NCBI GenBank assembly: GCA_964434195.1 | Contig: CAYSUI010000003.1 | Coordinates: 26,181 to 90,180 of the forward strand | Direction of reading: 5' to 3' | Length of the DNA stretch: 64,000 bases | DNA from: an uncultured Candidatus Saccharibacteria bacterium | GTDB lineage: Bacteria > Patescibacteriota > Doudnabacteria > UBA920 | Shown here: piece after piece, positions 10,186 to 20,580 of the stretch | Layout: every line of letters starts with the position of its first letter | Position numbering within the stretch: the stretch's first letter is position 1 | Translations under genes and position numbers: made by a program | The notes under the pieces: model-generated | Database searches by the model: none | The model's input: the letters and a program-made list of their open reading frames with translations, nothing else | Told to the model about the DNA's origin: nothing

Positions 10186-13100
10186 TTATTTAGATTTCTT
10201 ATCTTTTTTGCGTTTTTTATCCGCAGGGGTTGGTTCGTCCTCAAAGAGTATTGGGGGTGGTGGGACTGGAGTCTGAGCTGCTGCTTCTTCTTCGGTCATT
10301 GCGATGATCTTACCGTCTTCACCGATGAGCTCTACATCGAGCATAAGACTTTGAAGTTCTTTAATGAGCACGCGGAAGGATTCTGGGATATTCGGCTTCA
10401 TTATAGTTTCACCTTTAACGATAGCTTCGTAAGTCTTGCTTCTACCTATAACGTCGTCGGATTTGATTGTAAGCATTTCTTGTAGTGTGTGCGCTGCACC
10501 ATAACCTTCAAGCGCCCAAACTTCCATTTCTCCAAATCTTTGACCACCGAACTGAGCTTTACCTCCGAGAGGTTGCTGAGTAATAAGTGAGTATGGTCCG
10601 GTAGAACGTGCGTGCATCTTATCGTCTACTAAGTGGTGAAGCTTCATAATATAAGCAACACCAACTGTTACGGGTTCGTCGAACATTTCACCTGTCTTAC
10701 CATCGTAGAGCCTAGATTTACCGGAGGAATGAATTTCGGCATCACCTAACAACTCTTTAATTTTAGACTCTGGAATACCATCTAGAACTGGAGTAGCGAC
10801 TTTGATACCAAGTTTTCTTGCTGCCATACCAATATGGGTTTCCAAGATCTGACCGAGGTTCATACGACTCACAACACCGAGAGGGTTCAAAATAATATCA
10901 ACTGGAGTACCGTCGGCTAGGAAAGGCATATCTTCTACAGCAACGATTCTGGAAATAACGCCTTTGTTTCCGTGTCGTCCTGCCATTTTGTCACCAACTT
11001 GGACTTTCCTTAGAACTGCTACTGATACTTGGATAGAGCGGATAACACCACTTGGAAGCTTGTCACCTGCTTCTCTTCTGAACTCACGAATGTTTACAAC
11101 TTTACCGTATTCACCATGTGGAAGAGTAAGTGAGGTGTCTTTAACGTCGCGGGATTTCTCACCGAAGATTACACGGAGTAGCTTTTCTTCTGGAGTTAAG
11201 TCGGTTTCACCTTTCGGAGTAATTTTACCAACAAGTATATCCCCTGCTTTTACAGATGCTCCGATTCTAATAACACCGGATTCGTCTAAGTCTTTGAGTT
11301 TTTCTTCACCAACGTTTGGAATATCTCTGGTCACAACTTCAGGACCCAATTTGGTATCACGAACATCTATTTTAAAGTCTTCAATATGGATAGAGGAATA
11401 ACGGTCGTCCTCAATGAGACGTTTTGAAATAAGAATAGCGTCTTCATAGTTACCACCTTCCCAAGACATGAAAGCTACAAGTACGTTCTGACCAAGCGCT
11501 AGCTCACCCTGCTCCATACTAGCTCCATCTGCAAGCATATCTCCGGCTCTGACCTTCTGGCCTTTGGTTACGCGTACAATTTGGTTTATACATGTACCAC
11601 TGTTGGTACGAATGAATTTATTGAGTTTATACTCTTTCTTTTTACCTGCTTCATTAGTGACTACGATAAGATCACCAGATACAGCAGAAACTTCTCCATC
11701 CTCAACTGCGATTATCATCTGACCTGAGTCTCGAGCTGCCTTAGCTTCCATACCTGTTCCAACAATTGGAGCTTCTGGTCTTATACAAGAAACAGCCTGA
11801 CGTTGCATGTTAGAACCCATGAGAGCACGGTTAGCATCGTCATGTTCTAAGAATGGAATTAAAGAAGTAGTAACGGAAATAATCTGTTTTGGGGATACAT
11901 CGACAGCATCGATTTCATCTGTATCAGCAAGTGTAGGAGTACCATGAACACGAACACTAGCGCGTTTTTCTATGAAGTGTCCGTTATCGTCTATTTCGAT
12001 GTTTGCTTGAGCAATAGTAAGTCTTTCTTCTTCGAATGCGTCGAGGTATTCGACTTTGTCTAAAACTTCCGGTCGAATTCTAATCTGGGTAATACCTTCT
12101 ACACCGGCAAGACGCTTTGCTGCACCCTCAGAGATTTCGTCACCTGCTTCAACAATAATTTCGTCGTTATTGTCTTTTAGGGTAAAGACTGAAACCTCTC
12201 CGATTGCTGCCTTACCGTCGTTTTTAACGAATTTTTTAGTAAGCCTGTAAGGGGTCTCAATAAAACCGTAATCGTTAACACGAGCATAGGTTGCCAAGTG
12301 AGCTACAAGACCGATGTTTGGACCTTCAGGAGTAGTAATAGGACAAAGACGACCATAGTGAGAACGGTGAACGTCACGTACTTCAAAACCTGCGCGTTCA
12401 CGTGAGAGACCACCAGGACCCATAGCGGATAGTCTTCTCTTGTGCTCAAGCTCAGCCAAAGGATTGGTTTGGTCCATGAACTGTGAAAGCTGTGAAGAAG
12501 AGAAAAATTCTTGCATAGCAGCTACTATAGGTCGAACGTGGATAAGCTGAGCTGGTGTTACGGTTTCGAGGTCGGCAAGAGACATACGGTCTTTTGCAAT
12601 ACGAACCATACGAGCAAGTCCAACGCGGTAACGAGATTGAATAAGCTCCCCTACTGCGCGCACGCGTCGGTTTGCTAAGTGGTCAATATCGTCTGCTCCG
12701 GACTGAGTATTATTTAAACGGATAACTTCTTTAATAACTGCTACTAAATCCTCTTTGGAAAGAAGGCGGGACTCATTTTCTTGGTCTATGTCTAAGCGCT
12801 GGTTGAATTTATAACGACCCACTTCGCTAAGGTCATACCTCTCGAAGTTAAAGAACATCGCTGTGATAAGTGAGCGAGCGTTATCTACTGTCGCAAGGTC
12901 ACCAGGGCGAATTCTTTTGTACACTTCTTTAAAACCTTCGTCGGCGTTATGAGAAGCGTCTTTGTCTAATGTAGCTAAAATATATTTTGTGTCGGGGTCT
13001 GTGTCGACATCTTTGAATGCCTCAATTATTTCGGCATTCTCTGATAAACCAAAAACACGTAAGAGCGCTGTAACCGGAATACGTCTCTTGCGGTCGATCT

Positions 13101-13689
13101 TCACTCCAATTACTCCGGCGTTGTCGGTGTCGATTTCTAACCAAGCTCCGCGGTTTGGAATAATTTTTGCACCATACCAGTTTTTACCTCTCGCTGGTTC
13201 GGAAGAGAAAAATACACCTGGAGATTTTATAAGCTGATTAACGACAACACGCTCTACTCCATTGATTACGAATGTACCTCTTGGAGTCATGAGAGGGAAA
13301 TCACCGAAATATACGTCTTGTGTTTTAGTTTTACCAGTTACCTTGTTAACTAATTTCGCTGATACATATAGAGGGGCTTCGTAGGTTGTATTGCGATCTC
13401 TCGCTGTAACCTCATCGTACTTTGGTTTATCGAAGAAATAATCACCAAAAAAAAGCTCAAGACTTTTTCCAGTAAAGTCCTTGATTGGATTTATTTCTTC
13501 TAGTAACTCTTTTAGACCTTTTTCGAAAAACCACTTATAGGAGTTGAGTTGAACTTCTATAAGGTTGGGCATTTCTGCCACTTCATGGAGTCTGGTGTAG
13601 AACTTGCGTGGATTACGCGAAGACCCTTGGACCAGCTCGAGACCCTTGATAGCCTTAGACATTTGCCTTTTCCCTGTCCTATGCAGCAT
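10186..13689 (-). CDS. rpoB: DNA-directed RNA polymerase subunit beta
   Basis: 1167 aa with conserved beta-subunit blocks, and a C-terminal stretch typical of rpoB. It lies immediately upstream of rpoC. Confidence 0.97.
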   Translation of the reverse strand: MLHRTGKRQMSKAIKGLELVQGSSRNPRKFYTRLHEVAEMPNLIEVQLNSYKWFFEKGLKELLEEINPIKDFTGKSLELFFGDYFFDKPKYDEVTARDRNTTYEAPLYVSAKLVNKVTGKTKTQDVYFGDFPLMTPRGTFVINGVERVVVNQLIKSPGVFFSSEPARGKNWYGAKIIPNRGAWLEIDTDNAGVIGVKIDRKRRIPVTALLRVFGLSENAEIIEAFKDVDTDPDTKYILATLDKDASHNADEGFKEVYKRIRPGDLATVDNARSLITAMFFNFERYDLSEVGRYKFNQRLDIDQENESRLLSKEDLVAVIKEVIRLNNTQSGADDIDHLANRRVRAVGELIQSRYRVGLARMVRIAKDRMSLADLETVTPAQLIHVRPIVAAMQEFFSSSQLSQFMDQTNPLAELEHKRRLSAMGPGGLSRERAGFEVRDVHRSHYGRLCPITTPEGPNIGLVAHLATYARVNDYGFIETPYRLTKKFVKNDGKAAIGEVSVFTLKDNNDEIIVEAGDEISEGAAKRLAGVEGITQIRIRPEVLDKVEYLDAFEEERLTIAQANIEIDDNGHFIEKRASVRVHGTPTLADTDEIDAVDVSPKQIISVTTSLIPFLEHDDANRALMGSNMQRQAVSCIRPEAPIVGTGMEAKAARDSGQMIIAVEDGEVSAVSGDLIVVTNEAGKKKEYKLNKFIRTNSGTCINQIVRVTKGQKVRAGDMLADGASMEQGELALGQNVLVAFMSWEGGNYEDAILISKRLIEDDRYSSIHIEDFKIDVRDTKLGPEVVTRDIPNVGEEKLKDLDESGVIRIGASVKAGDILVGKITPKGETDLTPEEKLLRVIFGEKSRDVKDTSLTLPHGEYGKVVNIREFRREAGDKLPSGVIRSIQVSVAVLRKVQVGDKMAGRHGNKGVISRIVAVEDMPFLADGTPVDIILNPLGVVSRMNLGQILETHIGMAARKLGIKVATPVLDGIPESKIKELLGDAEIHSSGKSRLYDGKTGEMFDEPVTVGVAYIMKLHHLVDDKMHARSTGPYSLITQQPLGGKAQFGGQRFGEMEVWALEGYGAAHTLQEMLTIKSDDVIGRSKTYEAIVKGETIMKPNIPESFRVLIKELQSLMLDVELIGEDGKIIAMTEEEAAAQTPVPPPPILFEDEPTPADKKRKKDKKSK

Positions 13690-14010
13690 TTAGCTTTAGA
13701 GGACTAAATTAATGGTTGGTTTAACTTGGTTTAAACCTAGCATTGTGGGATTGGGGGACAAAAGTCGTGTGCGTCGGGTAGCTAGTAGTTGATAAATAGG
13801 GCTTCTATAGACGGAAATGGGCCTTTTCCTTGAGTTTTGCACAAAAGAAAAAGGCCAATAAAATCTATTCGGAGAAACTATTTATTTTGCTAATTGAGAG
13901 TATATCCTGTCAAGTCCTGTTTGTCAAGTCATTTTGACTAGGTTTTGCTTATTTTTTAGGTATAAGATATAAAGGACTCAAGTGCCCAATTACAAATAGG
14001 AGGATTGCGG

Positions 14011-14511
14011 ATGAAAAACTTAATTTTTTCGTTGGGGATGCTTTTGTTTAGCTTTCCTGCCCTAGCACAGACTGAGGCAACCATACCCAATAGAGTGGCG
14101 CAGGAGAATAATAACCTAACTGAAAAGCACGACCTTAAGACATTTACTTTACCCAAAACTACCGGAAACCCGTTTTTTCAACTGAACATTTTTCAGGGAA
14201 AAACCGTACCGTTCAATTACTACCCGGAAGAGCATCATGATTTTGGCCGGTTCTTCTCGGTTTCAGTTGCTCACCCTTATGTTATTTCAAATGACCCAAT
14301 GGAATTGACTCGAGCCTATGACCGGCCAAAGACAAAACTGAATTTCAACATGAAAAACCTGCTTGGTCACCCCGAATGGATGAGGGGATTTAATATGTAT
14401 CTGAGTCCTACCTTCAGACTTAGAGAAAGATCAAATAACCCATTCCGAAGAGACGAGGGTGCGAGATTTGGTTTTAGAATGACAATTATTAAACCCTACA
14501 GATCAAACTGA
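14011..14511 (+). CDS. Hypothetical secreted protein
   Basis: AGGAGGA RBS 6 nt before the ATG. Signal peptide MKNLIFSLGMLLFSFPALAQTEA. Confidence 0.6.
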   Translation: MKNLIFSLGMLLFSFPALAQTEATIPNRVAQENNNLTEKHDLKTFTLPKTTGNPFFQLNIFQGKTVPFNYYPEEHHDFGRFFSVSVAHPYVISNDPMELTRAYDRPKTKLNFNMKNLLGHPEWMRGFNMYLSPTFRLRERSNNPFRRDEGARFGFRMTIIKPYRSN

Positions 14512-14527
14512 CTGTAAGGGTTTTTTT
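14494..14527 (+). terminator. Intrinsic terminator
   Basis: CCCTACAG...CTGTAAGGG hairpin followed by T7. It overlaps the stop codon. Confidence 0.7.
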
Positions 14528-14583
14528 ATGTAAATACTTACCTTATACATGGGATTTCATATTTCACCTCATCTTCCGCGATT

Positions 14584-14642
14584 TTTTGTATTTTTTTCTT
14601 ACACCGTCCCCCCTACGGACGCTTACAGAAAAAAATACAAAA
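14584..14642. repeat. Perfect 16-bp inverted repeat with an internal GC hairpin
   Basis: TTTTGTATTTTTTTCT (14584-14599) and AGAAAAAAATACAAAA (14627-14642). The spacer contains CCGTcccccctACGG. It lies about 125 bp upstream of ruvA. Confidence 0.6.
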
Positions 14643-14765
14643 GGATCACGAAATCTGACTTGAGCTGGGAACTGGCAAAGCCAGATTCCCATCAAGAGCT
14701 AGGCAAAATCTGAAATCGAACTGAACTAGTTGGAAATAGATGGATAATTACTTTAGACTAATTTT

Positions 14766-15320
14766 ATGATTGCATACTTAAAAGGTAGAGTGCTTGAGAA
14801 AACTTTGGGGTATTTGATAGTGGAGAATTTTGGAATTGGGTACAAAGTTTTTACTATTCCGGAAATGATGGAGAAGAGAATTGGAGATGAGATTGAATTT
14901 TATACTTATATGAAAGTCAGCGATGACGGTCAGAGCCTATACGGACTCCCCTCTTTTGCGAGCTTGCAGTTTTTCGAACTCTTACTTACCGTTAGCGGTG
15001 TTGGTCCTAAATCTGCTCTTTCTATAATGAGCGCAGCAAATGTGCCTACTCTAGAATCTGCGATAGCGGGGCAGGACTCGGCGATGTTTACTAGGATGTC
15101 GGGAGTTGGTAAAAAAACGGCGGAGAGAATAATTCTGGAACTAAAAAGTAAAGTCGGAACTCTTAATGCCTCTGGTACTAATACCACTAGCGAAGTTTAT
15201 GATGCACTTATTGCTTTGGGATATACAGCTAGAGAGGCTGCTTCCGCTTCTTCCAATATACCTACTGGGTTATCTACTAAAGAACAGATAAAGCACGCGC
15301 TTCAATATTTAAGAAAATAA
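14766..15320 (+). CDS. ruvA: Holliday junction branch-migration protein RuvA
   Basis: MIAYLKGRV N-terminus, the two helix-hairpin-helix blocks (VSGVGPKSALSIMS and MSGVGKKTAERIILEL), and a C-terminal domain III. Confidence 0.9.
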   Translation: MIAYLKGRVLEKTLGYLIVENFGIGYKVFTIPEMMEKRIGDEIEFYTYMKVSDDGQSLYGLPSFASLQFFELLLTVSGVGPKSALSIMSAANVPTLESAIAGQDSAMFTRMSGVGKKTAERIILELKSKVGTLNASGTNTTSEVYDALIALGYTAREAASASSNIPTGLSTKEQIKHALQYLRK

Positions 15321-15338
15321 AAAACCTGAACTGATTGG

Positions 15339-15782
15339 TTACTTACCAGCCTGCAGAGTTTCTAGCTCTTGCTGGTATTCTGATAACCGTTCTTTCAGGT
15401 GTGTGATTTGTCGCGTGATACGAAATATCTCTAACTGTCTAGCAAGACTAGTGTGAAAAATCTCCCCGGTAATGCTTTTACCTGTTTCGTAAAAAGCAAT
15501 AATGTTTTCATGCCAGGCAATATGGTCTCTTAGAGTTTCCAGCCTCATATCAACACCGTAAGGCTTTGGTGTTTTTGAGTTTAGTTCATCAAACTCTGTT
15601 TGGTACTTTGCTAAGCCTTCCCTTTTTAAAACCAGTAGCCTTTGGTTTTTTATCAGAACATCTTCTGACAACTCGGTCTCTTGACTCTGTGCGTATTCTA
15701 ACGACTTCTCGTAAGCTGCTAGGAGCTTATTCACCTTTTCAATATTATCTTGTAGATGATCAATTCGTAATTCTTCGTACAT
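15339..15782 (-). CDS. Hypothetical coiled-coil protein
   Basis: 147 aa, rich in E/K/L/Q heptad-like sequence. No motif. Confidence 0.5.
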   Translation of the reverse strand: MYEELRIDHLQDNIEKVNKLLAAYEKSLEYAQSQETELSEDVLIKNQRLLVLKREGLAKYQTEFDELNSKTPKPYGVDMRLETLRDHIAWHENIIAFYETGKSITGEIFHTSLARQLEIFRITRQITHLKERLSEYQQELETLQAGK

Positions 15783-15868
15783 CCCTATCCTCCTTTTTTT
15801 CTATGTCTATACTATATTGATCTAAATTATCAAGTAGGGACTTATAAATCAATCTTGCGGGGGTCAAA

Positions 15869-16630
15869 ATGAAACCGATTGAAATTGAGTACGCAAAAGA
15901 TGAGTGGCTTTCGGCGATGACTCGGGGTTTGAATTACTTTCCCCAGAACAATCACATTGGACCACTTTTTACTTTTAAATGTCTACTAGAAGGTGACTAT
16001 AATGACTGGTTGGTTTTTGAAAGATCTGTTCTAACACAGGATCAAGAAAGAAGATGGAGCATTCAAGCGACCCACCAGCACTTACATAACCGCTCGGCTA
16101 GAATTACCCCTGCGGGTTACGAGGCTTATAAGAACAGCCCAATATACGGTGAGATTATGGAGTCTGGGGGCTTTAAGGATTCAAAGCTTATACCAGATTC
16201 CAGGTTTTCCCAACTTTGGATTGGCCTTAGAGATGACACCGTGCTTACAGCCAACAGACTTGGGGCCTGGATTAAGAAGGGCAAAATTGGAGAGATCACC
16301 GGTTTCTCGACGGGCAAAAAACTTAAGCTAACTATGGGGATTGCCGTTGATAGGTTTGTTGGCCAAGGTAATAACGAACGTGTTGCTTTGGTAAAAGAAG
16401 CTGTGAATCTTTCACTGCAGGTGTTCAGCACTCCTGAAGGCTTGAAACTTAGCGATGACCACAAGCTCAGTAGGAGTAAGGATCCTGGAATAGATGACGA
16501 GGCTTTTGAAAAACTTAAAGAGAGGAATTTTGTAATTGAATTACATACTCTTGTGGAAAGTAGCTTATTTGAAGAATTCCCTAAACTTTCAAAAGTAGAC
16601 ATTTTGTCTCTATCCCAAGCACTTTTTTAA
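15869..16630 (+). CDS. Hypothetical protein
   Basis: 253 aa ORF divergent from the coiled-coil gene. No recognised motif. Confidence 0.5.
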   Translation: MKPIEIEYAKDEWLSAMTRGLNYFPQNNHIGPLFTFKCLLEGDYNDWLVFERSVLTQDQERRWSIQATHQHLHNRSARITPAGYEAYKNSPIYGEIMESGGFKDSKLIPDSRFSQLWIGLRDDTVLTANRLGAWIKKGKIGEITGFSTGKKLKLTMGIAVDRFVGQGNNERVALVKEAVNLSLQVFSTPEGLKLSDDHKLSRSKDPGIDDEAFEKLKERNFVIELHTLVESSLFEEFPKLSKVDILSLSQALF

Positions 16631-16655
16631 CCCAAGTTTAGCTTGGGGTTTTTTA
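16631..16655 (+). terminator. Intrinsic terminator
   Basis: CCCAAG-ttta-GCTTGGGG followed by T6. Confidence 0.8.
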
Positions 16656-16687
16656 TTATCTACTAGTCTCCCTCGCGGCCGCGATTT

Positions 16688-17599
16688 ATGATAGTAGGTT
16701 TGTTTTTTAATTTAGGTTATTCTACTTGTATGTTGAAAAGCTTTTTACAATCTAAGGAGTGGGGGGAATTCCAAAAGAGTTTAGGTAGAGAAGTAATTTT
16801 CGAACCTTTTGTCGCAATAAAACATTCACTTAAAAGAGATTTTTATTACTGGTATGTGCCGAGAATCGCAGGAGTTGAAAGTAACAAGTTGCAAGTAACA
16901 ATCGCAGACAACGAGAAGTGCGTCTTTATTCGAGTTGAACCACTGGATGTAGACGGTATTCCTAAAGGGGCGAGGAAGGTACGAAACGTGCAACCAGGGA
17001 AGACGCTCGTTTTAGATTTAGGGAAAAGCGAAGCGCAGCTCCTAGTTGAGATGCATAATAAAACTAGGTACAACATCCGCGTAGCGCAGAAACATGGTGT
17101 GAGAGTGGAGAGCATGAAAGACATAGACGCCGGATGTGAGCTTATTGCTGCAACAGCCGGACGGCAAGGTTACAAAGATTACGGTGAGGATTATTACAAA
17201 AAATTAATTAATTTTTTTTCTACTCTTCCAGATAGTGCACTGAAGACCTCTTTACTGGGTGCATACTACGAAGACCGACTTATTTCTTGCGGTTTATTTA
17301 TAGATTACGAGGGTACGAGAACATACCTTTTTGGCGGATCAAGCGAATTGCATAAAAATATAATGGCGCCGTACTTAATGCACTGGACAGCAATACAGGA
17401 AGCTAAAAATGAGGGTGCCGGAGAATATGACTTTTGGGGAATAGAGACAGCGAGTGGCGAGACACCGGGTTTTGTGAGATTTAAGTTGGGTTTCGGGGGT
17501 AGACAAATTGAGTACCCGGGAGCATACGATATAGTCCTGAGACCAGTTTGGTATAATGTATATAAGATTTTGCGGATAATTAATAAATTGTTGAACTAA
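16688..17599 (+). CDS. FemAB-family peptidoglycan interpeptide-bridge aminoacyltransferase
   Basis: TRYNIRVAQKHGVRVE block and overall FemX-like GNAT-pair layout. An alternative start at ATG 16730 is possible. Confidence 0.7.
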   Translation: MIVGLFFNLGYSTCMLKSFLQSKEWGEFQKSLGREVIFEPFVAIKHSLKRDFYYWYVPRIAGVESNKLQVTIADNEKCVFIRVEPLDVDGIPKGARKVRNVQPGKTLVLDLGKSEAQLLVEMHNKTRYNIRVAQKHGVRVESMKDIDAGCELIAATAGRQGYKDYGEDYYKKLINFFSTLPDSALKTSLLGAYYEDRLISCGLFIDYEGTRTYLFGGSSELHKNIMAPYLMHWTAIQEAKNEGAGEYDFWGIETASGETPGFVRFKLGFGGRQIEYPGAYDIVLRPVWYNVYKILRIINKLLN

Positions 17600-17602
17600 A
17601 AT

Positions 17603-18193
17603 ATGAAAGAAAAGTTTAAAATTTGTGTATCGGGCTCGGCTGTAGATAATTGCCCAACTGGGGCTTTTAAGAAGGCCTATGAGGTTGGTTACCAGATAGC
17701 CAAACAAGGAGCGATTCTACTTACCGGAGCCACAATTGGAATTCCAGAATGGGCAACGAGGGGTGCTAAGAAGGGAAAAGGAATGAGTATTGGGCTCTCC
17801 CCTGCTTCTACGAAGAGAGAGCACGTAAATACATATCGTCTACCTACTACTAATATGGATTTAATTATCTACACTGGGTTTGATTACTCTGGTAGAAACT
17901 TACTTCTTACCAGAAGCGCAGATGCTGTGATAGAAATTTGCGGAAGAGTAGGAACCTTGAATGAATTTACGATTGCTTTTGAAGATAAGAAACCTATAGG
18001 GGTACTTGAGGATACCGGTGGAACTTCTAGTGAAATACGCCATATCTTAGAGGTAAGTAAAAGAGGTCAAAAAGATGTATTCTTTGATACCGACCCTAAA
18101 AAATTAGTAGCCAAACTGCTAAAGGTGCTAAGAGAAAGAGATAGGGAAATAAATAGACACTCAAAACCTGAACTTAAAATATCGCTTGAATAA
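17603..18193 (+). CDS. LOG/TIGR00725-family Rossmann-fold nucleotide-binding protein
   Basis: LLTGATIGIPEWATRGAKKGKGMSIGL and EICGRVGTLNEF blocks, resembling the GGxxGxM / PGGxGTxxE motifs. Confidence 0.55.
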   Translation: MKEKFKICVSGSAVDNCPTGAFKKAYEVGYQIAKQGAILLTGATIGIPEWATRGAKKGKGMSIGLSPASTKREHVNTYRLPTTNMDLIIYTGFDYSGRNLLLTRSADAVIEICGRVGTLNEFTIAFEDKKPIGVLEDTGGTSSEIRHILEVSKRGQKDVFFDTDPKKLVAKLLKVLRERDREINRHSKPELKISLE

Positions 18194-18200
18194 ATGAAAA

Positions 18201-18228
18201 AGCTCTTCTGAGAAAGAAGAGCTTTTTT
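18201..18228 (+). terminator. Intrinsic terminator
   Basis: AGCTCTTCT-gagaa-AGAAGAGCT followed by T6. Confidence 0.85.
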
Positions 18229-18274
18229 AATAAGAGAAACCAAGAACTTTACGTTCTTGGGAAGAGAAAAAAGA

Positions 18275-18343
18275 CCACCGGTATCCGCCGAATTTTAGTC
18301 ACCCACTAGGATTCACGATCTGAATCACTATGGATACCGGTGG
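18275..18343. repeat. Structured element closed by a perfect 12-bp inverted repeat
   Basis: CCACCGGTATCC (18275-18286) and GGATACCGGTGG (18332-18343). Two internal hairpins: GATTCA-cgatc-TGAATC and TAGT-caccc-ACTA. Intergenic, upstream of the Mur-ligase gene. Confidence 0.55.
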
Positions 18344-18438
18344 GTTTATAATTCCCTTCTCCTCCCAGGACTTCCTGAGAGGGACTTATTATAGTCTTAT
18401 ATAAATATTATGCAAGTCTCTTGAAATTCATATAAACT

Positions 18439-19776
18439 ATGAGTATGAAAAAACTTCTTAAAAAAGTACTCCCTGAGGGCTTAATTAAAAAAATGAGGCC
18501 TTTTTATCATGCGACTCAATCTTTAATAGCGAGCAGAAAATATGGGTTCCCTAGCAGCAAACTTATAGTAATAGGGGTTACGGGGACAGCTGGGAAATCT
18601 AGCACTGTGAATATATTGGCACATATTCTTAATTCCACCGGGAATAAGACAGGTTTTGTTACTACAACCAACTACTCATACGGCGAAGCTCCTGAACTAA
18701 ATAAACACGGGCTTTCAATGCCAAATGAGTTCTTATTACAAAAACAACTGGCTTTAATGGTTGGGGAGGATTGCAAATATGCAATTATTGAAGCCACCTC
18801 TGAAGGCCTTGCTCAGAATAGACACCTAGGAATTAATTTTGATATAGCTTTGCTGACTAATTTATCACCTGCGCATATAGAGGCTCATGGGAGTTTTGAA
18901 AATTATAGAAATGCCAAGGGTAGACTTTTTCAGTCACTGGCAAAATACAAGCACAAAAAATTTATGAAGGAAAAATTAATTGGGGTAAATTTGGATGACC
19001 CAAATGCGGATTTCTTTTTAGATTTTAAAGCGGACAAATATTTCGGAGTTAGTACTAAAGAAGCTAGTAAATACCTCGGAAAAGTAAATATTTTTACAGT
19101 GGGTGAAGTGTCTAGTGATGTGAATAGAAGATTTAAACTACAAGATACTTATTTCTCTCTTAGCACGCCGGGTGAGTTTAGTGTTTATAACGCCATGCTT
19201 GCTATAGCTACCGCTAATATGCTTGGTGTTGAGCTTGAGGAAGCCGCTAGCGCTATGGAAAGCTTTAATGGTGTGCCAGGTAGGATGGAAGAAATTAGGA
19301 ATGACCGCGGAATTCGGATAATAGTAGACTATGCTTGCGAGCCGAAACATTTTGAGGAGGTATTACCAAGTGTTAGGGAGAGTACTAGGGGCAAACTAAT
19401 TCATGTTTTTGGATCTACCGGTGGCCATAGGGATGTTTCCAAGCGGTTTATTTTTGGTGAAATATCTGCTAAATTTGCGGACAATATTGTAATAACTAAT
19501 GATGATGTATATAATAGCGACCCTATGGAAATCGCTACTAATATAGAGGCGGGGGTTGCTGAAGGCAAAGGTCAAAATTCAAAAGTTAAAAGTGTGGAGA
19601 TAATACTCGACAGAAGAGAAGCAATAAAACATGCGTTAGAAATAGCGAAAGAGGGAGATACGGTTTTATTTACGGGTAAGGGTAGTGAACAGTTTTTGGT
19701 ACTTCCAGGAGATAAAAGGATTGAGTGGGATGAGAGGGAGATAATACTAGAGATACTCAGGTTATCAAGTTCATAA
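18439..19776 (+). CDS. Mur-ligase-family protein (MurD/MurE/MurF-like ATP-dependent amide ligase)
   Basis: P-loop VIGVTGTAGKSST in the Mur-ligase central-domain position. Two-domain layout. Confidence 0.65.
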   Translation: MSMKKLLKKVLPEGLIKKMRPFYHATQSLIASRKYGFPSSKLIVIGVTGTAGKSSTVNILAHILNSTGNKTGFVTTTNYSYGEAPELNKHGLSMPNEFLLQKQLALMVGEDCKYAIIEATSEGLAQNRHLGINFDIALLTNLSPAHIEAHGSFENYRNAKGRLFQSLAKYKHKKFMKEKLIGVNLDDPNADFFLDFKADKYFGVSTKEASKYLGKVNIFTVGEVSSDVNRRFKLQDTYFSLSTPGEFSVYNAMLAIATANMLGVELEEAASAMESFNGVPGRMEEIRNDRGIRIIVDYACEPKHFEEVLPSVRESTRGKLIHVFGSTGGHRDVSKRFIFGEISAKFADNIVITNDDVYNSDPMEIATNIEAGVAEGKGQNSKVKSVEIILDRREAIKHALEIAKEGDTVLFTGKGSEQFLVLPGDKRIEWDEREIILEILRLSSS

Positions 19777-19804
19777 AGTTTTTAAAGTTCATAAAGTAAT
19801 CTCA

Positions 19805-20170
19805 ATGATTTTATTTTTGGATACAACTATTTGGGGGAAGGTGGAATTTTCTTTAATTTCTGTTGAAGGGAAAATTATTAGAGAGCAAAATATCGCACTC
19901 CCCCACTCTGAAAGCAACACGATACTTAAGTTTTTATCGGAATTTTTGGGTGCAGAGAAAAATAACTTAACTAAAATTGTTTGTGCTTCGGGACCAGGAT
20001 CTTTTACAGGCACTCGAGTTGGGGCGAGTTTAATACTAGGAATTTCCAAGGGTCTAAATATACCTTTTGTTTTTATTGACTCTAAAAAAGTACCAAATAA
20101 TCGTGGTGAATTAATTAGAGTTCGACCGACAGGGAAAATTAGCGTAAAGTATAACAAACCAGCATTATAG
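19805..20170 (+). CDS. TsaB/YeaZ-like protein, truncated to about the N-terminal half (121 aa)
   Basis: ASGPGSFTGTRVGASLILGISKGLNIPFVF matches the TsaB N-terminal core. The ORF ends far short of the typical roughly 220 aa. Confidence 0.55.
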   Translation: MILFLDTTIWGKVEFSLISVEGKIIREQNIALPHSESNTILKFLSEFLGAEKNNLTKIVCASGPGSFTGTRVGASLILGISKGLNIPFVFIDSKKVPNNRGELIRVRPTGKISVKYNKPAL

Positions 20171-20182
20171 TATTAGCTGAAC

Positions 20183-20569
20183 TTGGAGGTATTTATGAAG
20201 GATAGGATTCACAAGGTCGGATATGTCCTATTAATAGCACTTCTTGCGAACTTAATATTCCTTGCAGTGTTTGGCAAAATATTTTTTTTATTCAATTGCG
20301 TCATAACGCTGATAGCCTTGCTGTTGATAGTAATTTTGGGATTTATTCAAAGCCTACCTTTGGGTAATAGAGCGCCCGAGAAACTTTCTAACCGACAATG
20401 GTTAGATGCAAATATACGTCAGCTCCATAACACATATGGGAGCACATGGATTGCAATTGCCGATGAACAAGTATTAGCAGCTGATAAAAGCAGAAGTAGA
20501 CTAAAAGAGCACATAAGCAAAAGTCCCTATAAAGGAAAAGACGTACTCATTTATTTTTTGGAAAAGTGA
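20183..20569 (+). CDS. Hypothetical small membrane protein
   Basis: Two hydrophobic helices. A bidirectional terminator hairpin (AGACGTACTCA...TGAGTACGTCT) overlaps its 3-prime end. Confidence 0.5.
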   Translation: MEVFMKDRIHKVGYVLLIALLANLIFLAVFGKIFFLFNCVITLIALLLIVILGFIQSLPLGNRAPEKLSNRQWLDANIRQLHNTYGSTWIAIADEQVLAADKSRSRLKEHISKSPYKGKDVLIYFLEK

Positions 20570-20580
20570 GTACGTCTCTT

